A stretch of DNA of 60,651 nucleotides, filler included, from Jimgerdemannia flammicorona (Eukaryota), in assembly GCA_003990765.1 (NCBI GenBank). It is 3 parts of 3 records of this genome, joined end to end, with 100 filler letters (N's around TTAATTAATTAA, not from the genome) between each part and the next. Parts side by side here need not be neighbours in the genome. Positions count along the whole stretch, not along the records: positions 40,505 to 60,651 come from RBNJ01001749.1; 2 more parts are not named here. One strand, written 5' to 3'. Both the position numbers and the translations under genes were made by a program. How positions within the stretch are numbered: the stretch's first letter is position 1; each line of letters starts with the position of its first letter. This document shows, piece by piece, positions 46,001 to 57,800 of this stretch. Under the pieces are notes generated by a model. That model was not told where the DNA came from, did not search any database, and saw only the letters and a list, made by a program, of their open reading frames with translations.

Positions 46001-47853
46001 AAGGTACTTGGCTGAGTAGGTTCAGGATTTTGGAGTATCCAAGAGGTAGATATAGAGAGAGCTCAAGATGTTTCATACTTGGGTTCTTCTTTCTTAGTCT
46101 AAGTTTTTTTCTTGTTGTTGAATTGTCTTCAAGGCAGAATTGGTCCAGCTATCAGAATTTTCTTGACCATAGTCTTGATTCTTACTAGGCACTATTATTG
46201 ATAATCACAACTAACTAGGCATCCTTGTTCTTGGATTTTTCTTGTGAGTTATTCAGGTAGTACATATATCAAATAAATGGTCTGCTCTTATACTATTTCA
46301 TGCTTTATCATTGGTGATATATCCTAGACCAATGGTGTTTAGGAGTGACTCAAGTTTTGTACAGAAGGTTTTAAATTTCTCCTTGTTATATATATCAAAT
46401 TTGAGGTTGTAGAGTTTGACTCAAGATTCAGCAATCATGGTTTCACTGTAATATTGAGTAATTATGAGTTGTTTGATTCCAAGGGCTATAGGGTGGTCTC
46501 CATATTCTGGAGTATTATTTGCTGCATTTTAGGCAACTACTGCAGGTCAGGTGTCCTATGTAAGGGATTTTTTAAAGAGAGTTTACCACCATTCTTTAGC
46601 AGGTTCTTAGAAGAATGTAACAACTCAGTAGATATAAGCTATGGTAGTAGTAAAGAGTTGTTCCAGAGTGTGGTCTTGATTGTTTATCAGAAGGTAGTTA
46701 GCAACTTGCTTGTTAGTTCATTGATTGGCTTCAAAATTAGTATCAACTATACTAATAAAGCTTTGGACTTCTTGTGCAGTACCATTGAAGGTAGGTAGGC
46801 TCAGACTTTTTGTTAGTCAGACTTGTTCAGCTAAGGTAGTAATAGTTGCTATCATTATGACTACTAGGGCTATAAGATCTAGAATCTATTGGTTTGCCAT
46901 ATTGTTTACTGAAGGTAGTTGAACTACTAGTAATAGTATTACTAGTATAACTTGAGGTACTGATGTAGAGTGTGATGGTATTCTTTGAGTCTGTGTAAGT
47001 TACTAGAGTAATAGTTGTGGGTCTGGAGTAAGAGCTTGATAGATAGCTGTCTGTTACTATATAGGTGTGTATTTTGTTCTGATAGAGATATATCTTCTTT
47101 AGTAGTATATTTGGGATTGAATTTACTGAGATACTCCTTCTTCTCTTTGGTTTGGTCCTCATATAGTTGGGTTTACTTGGATAGAATCAGTTGTATATTG
47201 TATTTCAGATGGGCTTAATTCAAAATCAAGTTCTGTTTCAGTATTAATTTCAGATTCAGGTGGGACTATAGCTGGGCCTACTTCTGGTTTGGAGTCAGGT
47301 TGTTGATGAAGGATTTCTCTTACTTCTCCTTTAAGAATATGGTAGGCCTTGCAATTCTGAAAGTAATAGTATAAGGCAGTCTTAGTTCTTATATAGTGAA
47401 AGTCAGTAAAGTTGAGTCACTTAGCTATGGAGACTTAGGTTTTATGAGGAACTAAGGCTAGAAAGATAGCTGCTGGTTATCCTAGATTGCTTGGGTTTGT
47501 AGAGCTGACAAAACTCTTATTGAGAAGAGTAAAGAAGACTTCTATAAGACCTTCTTTATCTTGACTTATAGGATGTAAAGCAAGGAGTTTGGTATAAAGG
47601 ATTTTGCCTATTTGCTGATTTAATTAGAGTACTTCTTTTTGTAGATAAAGTCTATCCTACTTGTTGTAGGTATAAAGGTCAAATTGTTCTTATATATTAG
47701 GTTCAATTCTCTCTAGATTGTCAGATAGTTCAGAATAAATTCCAGTTTAGAGATTGGGCTTTATATCAACTTGTAAGAATTCTTATAGAGGTTTATAGTA
47801 GGATAAGGAAGTATCTTGAAGCAGAATTGAATTATAAACTATTACTACTAAGT

Positions 47854-49365
47854 TGTAAGAGAGTTACTTATTAGAGTAACTATTACATAGTTCTGGAAGA
47901 GTTTTCTGAAAGTTCTGGATATTCTGGAAGACTATTTTCTTTAAGGTCAAGATTAATTTTATATAGAGTATGTCTTCTATACTTATTGATTTCAAGATTA
48001 GATTGATATCTCAACTAAAGTCCTTTTTCAGACTAGTTCTGAATGTTTAGAATTTTCCATATTTCAGAAAGTTTAAGAAACTAAGACTAGCTTAGTTGAA
48101 TTGGCATATCATTGCAGATAATACCCAATTAGGAAATTTCATAACATAGTTAGGAGTAGGATCTAACAGAGAGTGAATTTACTTAAGAGTGATTTATAGG
48201 TTATTAAATAGATTTATTTGCTATTTATAATATTACTATACTAAGAGTAGTTACATATGTAAAGAGATATTATTGGGAAGTATTCAGGATTGTTCTTATC
48301 TGTTTGAGTCTGTTTTAGTCTGAGATTCTGAGGTCTAGGAGAGGGGATATTTATACTAATGAGAGGCTATCTGGACTAGGCTAAATATGGATATTACATT
48401 TAGTATCTTGCTGAGTTAGAATGCAGTCATATAGTATAAGAGTGAAGTGATATGTCAAGAGATTATCTGACTGCTGAGTTAGTTTACAGTTATATTGTAT
48501 AAGGCTAATCTAACTATACTAATGACTACTAAGCTATCTATAGATTTAGAATCTGTCTGAGTAGTCTTTGATGATATCACTATTGATGACATCATCTCTA
48601 GTAAGGTCTGAGCAGTTTTCTGACTTCTGATATCATCAGTTTCAAAGATGTCATTACCTCTGTCTCTTGCAAAATTAAAGCTATCTTTAGTAATAATAGT
48701 TATATAAGAATAACAGGTCTTAGTTCTCTTTTTTTTTTTTTAGACTATTGGTACATTTGTGAGAACTGGCCATCCTTGTCTAGAGTGAGGACTCTCATTA
48801 TTGCAGCTGGGGGTTCAAACCTCTTGGAAATGATATTTTCTATAATCCAAGGCAATTTTTAGTAGTAATATCTATTATGTAGATAGACTTAAGATTGGTT
48901 TTGACAATGTCAGCTTTTTTGAGTTTAGATGAAGTATCCATTATTTTCCAATAGAGGTGATACAGATAGAGTGAATAGAGTTGTTCAAATGTATTTTGCT
49001 TCTACTAAGTAATGAGGTCTTGTATAGTTGTAGTGTATCTTGGTCTTGAGTTGATAAGTATGGTTTATGAATCTTTAATAGATGAGATAGAGTTCTTCTC
49101 ATTTTGGTTTGAGTTTGATACTTTAGTTTCCTTTTGTGATAGTATAGTATACTAAGACTAGTTGTCTTAATGAGTAGAGGTTCAGGGTCAGTCTTTAGTT
49201 GTAGTACTTCTTCTAATATTCTTATATCTTAGTAGTAAGTTCTCATACTTGCTGGCATATTTTATATAACCAGATGATCTCTTGTTTTATAATCTTGTAT
49301 ATAGTTTTGAAATTAGTTCTGAAGGTAATATGCAATTTTTGTGGCTTGGAGGTTATATGCTTATA
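47854..49365 (-). repeat. 5' LTR (1512 bp)
   Basis: Starts TGTAAG, ends CTTATA, and is followed by TSD CTACT. Confidence 0.92.
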
Positions 49366-51214
49366 CTACTCTATTAGTCAATAATAGTAACCCTCTTAGG
49401 GGTCTCAATCTGCCTACCAGCTAGACAAAATATTCTCTATCAATCTTTTTCATTATACTAGGTACTTCTCTAAACTCAACCTCCTATCCTCCTTAAAAAT
49501 ATATAACTAATATTCTGCCAGCTCTATCTATACTACTAAGACTCACTCTATAGTGAGCCACTCATTTTCAATATATCTCATCAGTTATATTTGCAAATTC
49601 TCCCACTGTCCTTACTCATCAACTACTTCTCTCACCACTCTTAGGTACTTCTTAATAGTAATTTAGAAGTCTTCAAGAACCTCACACCCATCCAGCTAAT
49701 GTTTAGATATCTGTACAAATACCCCTTCTTATCCTATATTCAAGTACTCTTTATAATCAAAGATATCACTTACTATCAAGTATTCTGATCTAAAGTTCAG
49801 CATAATATTCCTCCACATCAAATACTGCTATACTATCCAGAACTTAGGAGGGAGTTATCTCTGCACCTCTGTATTCTAGTTTCAAATACTTGCTCAGTCT
49901 CACTCTTCATCAATTCCAGCTATCTGCCACTCTACTAGCCATAAGTCCTGACCCATTCCTTGCTGATACTCTACTCCAGCACTGAGATCAAAATCTACTA
50001 GTAGTGAACTACTCAATAGGAGATAATTTCATTATCATATTGCATTACTCCAAGTGATCTCCCTATCAATACAGTTCAATGTGATGAGTACCATCTACTA
50101 CCCCCTATCAGAAGCCTCTGAATTATAAGCACTGGCTGTTATCCAGTTCCACCAGTAATATTATATCTCCTAAAGAGCCTCTAGAAGAAGTTTGCATCTC
50201 CCAAATCTTCTATAGCAGTGGCACCCATCTATCTCCCTATAGCTTAGTAGTATGCTTCAATCATTAAGCTCTCAAACAATAAAGCCTCCTAGAGAAGTCC
50301 ACCAGACCAAAACTACTCTTATTTACTAGTAGTATCAAGATCTCTCAATCTATCTAACTCTGTCTACTAGTCCAAATCTAATTTCTGATTACCTTCAATA
50401 GCTTCTTCACTACCTAGGCTAGAAAATCCAAATAGTAGGCTGGATATCACAACTTTGGTAGCTAGTAAATATTCAGAATTGAAATCTATCTTATTAGAGA
50501 GATATGACATTCCCCCCAGCTCTGAAGGTCCTCTCTCCATGTAACTACCTTTCTCTCTCACCAGATTCTTAGCAAGACAGCTATAACTGAAAGAAAAATA
50601 TTTAAATACCTCACAGTCTCTTCTATAAAAATAATTATTCCAATAATATTCTCCTTTACTAAGTTATTTCCCAACACTATTGTCTCATACTTATATTAGT
50701 TGTGCTTTACTCCAGAGAGTCTCTCATACTATTTTACAGTTTCTCACAATATTTCAACATCTGAGATAGAGTTAAGGTCAATCACTATATTATCAGCAAA
50801 TACTCTTATCTTTTATACTATCCTATAGATAGAGAGCCCAGCCACTATATGTCAAATTTGATCTATTAATAGCTCCAATAATAGAGTATATAAGATTAGA
50901 GACAATAGATCTCACTGAGGCACCCCTCTCTCCAAAGAGAAAGCTATACTATAGTATCTATTATACATAAGTACTATTCTGCTACTCTCTAATAGACTAA
51001 TTATTAAAACTCAGAAGTACTAGAAAAGACTAATTCTATCTAGTACTTTTCTAAACCAGACTCATCTCACCTAATTATATACTTTCTCTTGATCTAGAAA
51101 AACCAACCTTTTATCTAGTCTACTAGTTCTTACTCCTTCAATGATACTATGCATCCATACTGTCTTATCCCTAATAAGATGACTTTTAATGAAGCTCTTT
51201 TGTTCCTTACCTAG
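49366..51214 (-). mobile_element. Host LINE, heavily mutated ORF2 (C-terminus and RT)
   Basis: Remnants VFLDQEKV, RGVPQ, FADN. Colinear with subfamily A ORF2. Cut at 51214 by another LTR. Confidence 0.82.
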
Positions 51215-53278
51215 TATAAGAGGGTTTCTTTTTAGGGTAACTGTTATGTAGTTCTAGAAGGATTTTCTGAAAGTTCTGGATATTCTGGAAGACTGTTTTC
51301 TTATAGTCAAGATCAATTTCATATGGAGTACATCCTCTATGCTTATTGATTTCAAGATTGGGTTGATGTCTCAACCAAAGTCCTTTTTCAAACTAGTTCT
51401 GGATATTCAGGATTTTCCATATTTCAGGAAATTTAAGAAACTAAGACCAGCTTAGTTGAATTGGTGTATTGCTGCAGATAATACCCAATTAGGAAATTTC
51501 ATGATAGGGTTAGAAGTGGAACCTAACGAGGAGCAGATTTACTTAAAAGTAGTTTGTGGGTTATTAAATAGGTTTATTCACTATTTATGATATTACTATA
51601 CTAGAAGTAGCTGTATGAGGGGATATTGTGGGGAAGTGCTCAAGAGTTGTGTTTGGATTATTCAAGTCTGAGATTCTGAGGTCTGGGGGAGGGGGTATTT
51701 ATACTAGTGAGGGGCTATCTGGACTATACTAGATATAGATGTAGTACTAAGTACTTTGCTGAGTCAGAATACAGTCATATAGTACAAGTGTAATCTGATA
51801 TGTCAAGAGATCATCTGACTGCTGAGTCAGTTTACAGTTATGTCATACAAGGCTAATCTAACTATACTATGACTGCTAGGCTATTTATAGGTTTAGGCAC
51901 TGTCTAAGTAGTCCTCGATGATATCACTATCGATTGCATCATCTCTGATGAAGTAGTCATCTAGGAAGAGTGATTCGTAGATTACTTCTCCTTGTTCACT
52001 AAGGTAATAATATATTGGAACTTTGTCTCTATCCCACAAGATGGCATCATCAGTCTCATATGCTGGGTAAGATATTGGTGGGCGAAGAAGGGGTGCATTG
52101 TCTTCACTTTCATCAGATTTGTTGACTGCATATCTTCTGTAAGTTATAGTACTATGAGTTGTGGGGTTGTAGTAAGTTGGCAGCTGTGGTTCATGTTGCT
52201 CATACTCAGGTGGTGGAGTTGTTGGTTCAATCTCAAGGGTTGTCTGAAGGTACAGGTTGTGTTCTCTGGTCTCTTCATTATAGTTGAAGTAGTCAGGGGT
52301 GAATGCGGGTTAATATTCGTACCAGTGGTTATTGTCCCAATAAGTCTTGTATGTGGTTATGAACTGTTGTAAGTTCATCGACAAGGTTGGTGGTGTGATC
52401 AGAGTTGGTAGAGATCCTTGGCTTGAGGTCATATCAGCATCAGAGGGATCATTGTCTTCTACTTCATCTTCATCGAAGTGGATTATATTGTAGATATCCT
52501 TCATAGCATAACCAACTTGAGGCATTTGTAGGATATGGTCATCAGGATGTGAGAAGGTTCTGTCTGTAGTTTCAACATACTTGAGGTACTTGTGGTTGAG
52601 TTCTTGTATCATTTCATTGATTCAGCTGTAGGACAGAGTAGCAACCATTTCGCTGGTAGTAACTCGGAGGTGGGGAATAATGGTACTATACTCATAAAAG
52701 AGTTCTCGATGTTTGCAGGTGATGAGCTTCTGGTGTTGAGACATCTGGATAATGTCTATATTGTGGTAGTGTTTGACCATGTCTTCCAGGAGGTAGCCGA
52801 TCTGGTAGTAGCTTGAGATTTATCCAATTCAGTGGGCCTCACTAAACATATTCAGAGCATTCCATCAGGCTTCCACAAAATAGAGGGGTGCTAGACTATG
52901 GATATTTATGAGGGTAGAGGGAGTGTGGCTCGATTGATAATGGTATTCCAAATATCAGCATGGGTGCAGTTATAGATCTCAGTAGTCATGGTTGTGTATA
53001 TTCAGAAGTTGTGGTTGTTATTTGTTTTGGTTCTCTATTCAACACATCTCGGTGCTCAGTATATATGCATTTGGTCCTGATTGGTAAGATTCTATTTATA
53101 TAAATCTTGTATTCTGTGACTTTGTATTGACTCAGCTTTGTGCGCTATGACTTTGGTTTGACTCAGCTTTATGATCAAGCAGGTGATTTCCAGATTTGTT
53201 TGGAGGTTGTGTGTGATTTCAGTGGCTTGTTCAGAGAGTGATGTGTGATTTCGGTGGCTTGGAGGTTGTGCACTTACA
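51215..53278 (-). repeat. 3' LTR (~2.06 kb) of a related LTR-element subfamily
   Basis: First ~730 bp and last ~40-60 bp match the 1.5-kb LTRs. Ends CTTACA, with PPT at 53279-53292. Confidence 0.85.
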
Positions 53279-53696
53279 ACTCTCTCCTTCTTAGCTTTCG
53301 ACATTCTTGTCAGGGCCTTCTAATTTTGTTCTAGTATTGTTACACCATTTGAGAGATCAAAAGTCTAGTAAAGTCCATTTTTCTCAAAAAGTGGCATGCT
53401 CATAGTATAGTTGCCTAATGTATTGGATTCACATATTAAAGTGTTGTGTGTTCAATGCCATGTACCAGAAGTGATTCTGATATCATTCACTGCTGGAGAA
53501 TTTCCTCTAAGGAATCTTCTTAAATATCTATGCCTTGTTTCCCACTAATAATATGGGAAAAATAGGCTTACTTTCAGTTTTGCTATTTTTCCAGAGAGTC
53601 AGTATTCTAGTCTTGTTTTGCTGAGTTCTTGATTTTTGATAATTATAGTGTTCAGGAGGATAATATATAGTTTGTATAGACAGGCACCTTTCTTCT
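53279..53696 (-). mobile_element. 3' internal region of the second LTR element (truncated by later insertions)
   Basis: PPT-proximal ~70 bp match 44468-44540. Confidence 0.65.
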
Positions 53697-54877
53697 GCAG
53701 CTCCTTTCTCTGCTATCTTACTGGTCACAAGGTTTGGTAGACAACCTTCTGAGTCCCCTTTCCCCTAATATTACCACCTCTACCTTGGATTGGTTTGCTG
53801 TGCCTGTAGAGGCATGGTGGGAGGAGGGCAATGGTGATGAGTTGTCTCTTTATTGGTGTCAGATCGGTGCTTCCTCCACTTTTTTGCAGTTTCTGGTACC
53901 TTCGGCTACATCTGGGGTGTGCCTGTTTTGGTGCAGCATCTTCTTCCTTTTGCCATCGCCAACAAGGTGTTGTCTCGATGTGTCTCAGGCTATATAGGGA
54001 GTCGGCCGACCTTGGGCATCAAGTGCTCAGTATAGGTTACCTGCAGGTCTTCGGTGCCTATGGTGGGGCCCTCTGGCTTTGGCGAGCTTCTGGTGAGTAT
54101 GGTTCTGGCATAGGTGACTGTTTTTTGGGTGTTGTCGGGATGGGAGGGGAGATGGCCATTACAGATAGGAGGAAGGATGATAACAGTGAACCAGTAGGGT
54201 GCCAGGCTGGGGGTGGTCATCGGAGCTGGGGCAGGTGCTGCTTTGGTGGGGCCTTTTGATTGGTGCGACGTGATTAGGTGGTAGGTGTCACTATCAGCTT
54301 CTTTTGGTGGTCAGCGGGGTTGGGCCCCAGTCGTCAGGGGGGGTCAGGAGGCCTGAGGCTACCCATTTCAGGCATCTTGGCTGCACTCAACTGGAACTGG
54401 GAGCTGACATGGTAACGTGATCGAGGCCCGCAGGCTTGAGTAGTGGGGTATTGGGGGTTTCCTCCCACCTCACATGTAAGTCCTTTACTCATCTCAACTG
54501 GGAGAACCAGGTCCTACCCACCATGTTGTGCTTTGATGAGGGTTTTTCCTTTGCCTGTCATTCTCTTTGGGGTAGCAGGGGCTATTCTATTTGGCTCGAG
54601 CATGGTCTTGTACATATGTTGGGTTCTCAGGTGTGCGCTTTCAGTCATTGGCATATGGTTGGGTTTCCCCTGGTGGTAGGGAGAGCATGGTGCACAGAAT
54701 GAGGTGCAGGCTTTTTTTAGCCCTGCTGCGCCTGGCATAGTCAAGCTGCTGGACAATAGCTAGCCTAGGTTAATGGGGGGGCAGTGCTTGGTGGGTGGTG
54801 GGGGAGAGTTTTGGCCTATATAGTCTAGGTTCCCTTCCAATAAAAATCCATGGGACATGAGTCCGTAAAATAAAAAA
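53697..54877 (+). mobile_element. Non-autonomous ~1.18-kb poly(A) retroposon (element X), copy 2
   Basis: TSD AGGCACCTTTCT(T/C)CT at 53682-53696 and 54878-54892, short A-tail, and the same 5' start as copy 1. Confidence 0.9.
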
Positions 54878-54892
54878 AGGCACCTTTCTCCT

Positions 54893-57800
54893 ATACAATT
54901 TACATTACACAAAACTTCAAGCAATGGTTTTCGATATAACTCGGAGAAAAGGTATTATAAGAATGTCATCAAGCAAGAGTTCTGATGGGCATGCTGGGTT
55001 AGGTGGACCTGGGGCTTTTGGCTGGCAGAAGGTGGGGAGAGGTTATGGACTGAGGATGGGGGCTTTTGGAGAGTCGAAGGTGGGAGAAGGCTCTGGAGGT
55101 AGATCAGTGTCTGGTGGATCTAGAGGAAGGTCTAGTCCCTCCAGCTTTGCTGACAAGGTGAAGGTGGGTGGATGGTCTACTAGGACAAGGGCTGGCACTG
55201 CTGAGGGGAAGGGCAAGGCTAGTGTCAGGAGGGGAAGTGGCCCTTAGAGGGGAGTGGTGAGCATAGGGGCTGGTGGTGCTGTGGCTGGGGGTGTGACTAT
55301 TGATGGGAGGTGACAGGGGATCAGGAAAAAAAAAGAGATATGACAGCTGATGGTAGAGTGGAGCAGGGGTTCCCGATGCAGAAGGAGGATCTGGCTGATA
55401 GTGTAATGGGGCTGGCAGTGGTGCCATTACTCAAGAAATCAATCTCAGAGTTTGCGGTGACACTGTGCTTCCAAGGCTTAGGGATGACAGTGAGGATGGT
55501 CTTGGGGCTTATCTCGAAGTAGATGGCTGGGGCAGCTTTGGTGAAATTCCTGAAGGGTCTGGAGGGGGTTGAGGTGGGCTTTGAGGAGGCGGGCCCACTG
55601 GAAGAGATGCTGAAGGCTGGAGTGGTAGTTGGGGAGGTGGTGGTCCCTATGGTGTGCTGTTTGAGGTAAGACCCCAAGGTGGTATAGCTGCTGGTGAAGG
55701 GGGTGCCCACAGTGATGAAGGAGGAGACAAGGAGGAGGGTAGAGGAGGTGATGGTGGAGTATGGAGATGTGGTGGATATTAGCTTCCAGGTGTAGGAGGG
55801 GACAATGATTAGGATAGGTGATGTTGATGTCAGGATTTGGCTGGTAGGGAGGGAGGCTACAGGGAAGGCAGGTGACTGGCCCTCAGTGTTAATGTGGGAG
55901 GCCTTCATTTGTAAGGTGTCAAGGGTGAAGGAGAGTAAGGAGGAGGAGGAGGATTTTTGGAAGTATTGGAGGAGATGAGTGGTGTGGTGGAATGGCAGAC
56001 AAAGGCCTGGAAGCTCTATGAGGAGTTGACACACCTGGAGATTATAGAGGGGAAGTATATCCACACTGACAAGAGGTAGTGGGAGTGGGCCCAGGGGTGC
56101 TTGAGGCAGAGAGAGCTCTTAGCAAGTTGACAGGAGGAGAGAAAAGGAAGATAGATGGGGCTGAGGGGTCTGGAGGTATTGAAGCCAGTGTATAGGCTAG
56201 CAGAGGCAGAAAGGAGGCAGTGGTGATGGAAGAATGGGTTGCGAAGGTACTGGGCAAGGATCCCTATATGGATGGTACTTTTGAGGTCTGGGAGGAGGAG
56301 TCAGATAGCACCCCCCCCCTACTTATCAGGAGGGGCCTAGTGGGGTGGAGAGGGGCAGCAGAAGATGTACCAATGCAGGGAGCCCAGCGAGTTACCTTTG
56401 GGGTCCCAGATGTGACAAAAGGGAGTCAGGTGGTGGCAATTGGTGAGGATGAGCTGGTGGATGTCCCAGAGGAGGAGTGGAATAAGGATGCCAGTGTAGG
56501 TACTGATACTATGATGCTGGATGCAGGGCAGCTAGGGACCCCTGGAGGGAAGGAGATTGGGAATCTGCTATGGATAAGCAAGGTGATAGATAACCTTGCA
56601 GCTGAGGTATTGGGGGAAGTGGATCTGAGAGTCATGCCAGAGGAATACTGGGCATGGATTCTGCGAGGTGATGGAGTGGTGGAGGTGCTAAAGATGGAGA
56701 TTCTTACAATATTACTGGAAGAAGAGGGTTATGAGGTGGATGAGGTGAGGAAGGCAGAGATAGTAGTTATCACTAGTGAGCAGGCTGCCTACTGTTGGGT
56801 GGAATGCCATGGTTTGCAGTTCTGGCAGGAGGCCTATAGGGAGTATCAGGAGGACTTTGAGGAGAAAGAGGATGGGGCAATGGTTGAACTTCTGGAGGGA
56901 TTGGAGGCACAGGGAGCTGAGAAGAAGGAACTGGCTGCAGAACACATCTTGGATTTGGCACAGGAGGACTTGAGTGCAGATTTGTAGAGGAGAGGTTTAA
57001 TCTTTAATAATATTTCTCATGAACAGTACAACTAACATTTTCTCTCTCAATGTGAATGATCTTCGAGAATCTGAGCAGTGTAAGAACATTTTTACATGGC
57101 TAAAGGGATTGGAGGCTGATCTCTTTTTACTGCAAGATATATAGTGTGAGGATGAGGATGATCAGGTAGAATAAACTAGGGAATGGGGTGGGGCTACTGC
57201 TTGGTTTAGAAAGGTAGCGATTCTGATAAAGAAGGATAGAGGAGAGTTGGAGAGAATCAAGAGCTAGGGAGATTGCTTGGTCTGGGGTGAATGGCACTGG
57301 CTAGGGTGGGAATCAGTGTGGGTGGGCTCTTGTTACTGCCTGGCGGCTAGGGGAGAGAGGATTGTGTGGATTAAGGAGCTACTGGAGGAGGGCATTCTCT
57401 TAGAAGAAGGGGTTGATGTTCTTGGTAGTGATTTTAATATGGTTCGAGATTTGCAGCTGGATAGGACTAATGGAGGAAGGAATGCAGGTGGGAGGAGTGG
57501 TAGTCTAGATGTGTGGGAGGAGGTGGAAAACCTTAGCTCCTTAGGGGATATGGGCTGAACATAGTGGGGCGACACCAGGGTCTACATGCACTGGGTAAAT
57601 GGCTTAGGGACAAGGATTGATTGGATTCTGACAGCTAAATGTTGGGGTGCTGATATCTGGAAGACTTTGGAGGTGGTGTGGTGCCCATGGTCTGATCACT
57701 GGGGACTGTTTGGGCAGGGGCAGTTTGGGGGAAGTGGAGATGGACCCGGACATTGGTATCTTAACTCCTCCCTGCTGGCTGAGAAGGGGTTGTGGGATTC

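Larger units (their letters stand above)
41763..49365 (-). mobile_element. Complete but internally deleted Ty3/gypsy (chromovirus-derived) LTR retrotransposon: gag, zinc knuckle, protease and chromodomain remnant; no RT, RNase H or integrase core
   Basis: Two ~1.5-kb LTRs (TGTAAG...CTTAyA), 5-bp TSD CTACT (41758-41762, 49366-49370), PPT 44468-44481 and a DSGA protease. Confidence 0.92.

Noticed and set aside
47830..47853. Assignable primer-binding site next to the 5' LTR
   Set aside because: Too mutated (acttagtagtaatag on the minus strand) to name a tRNA.
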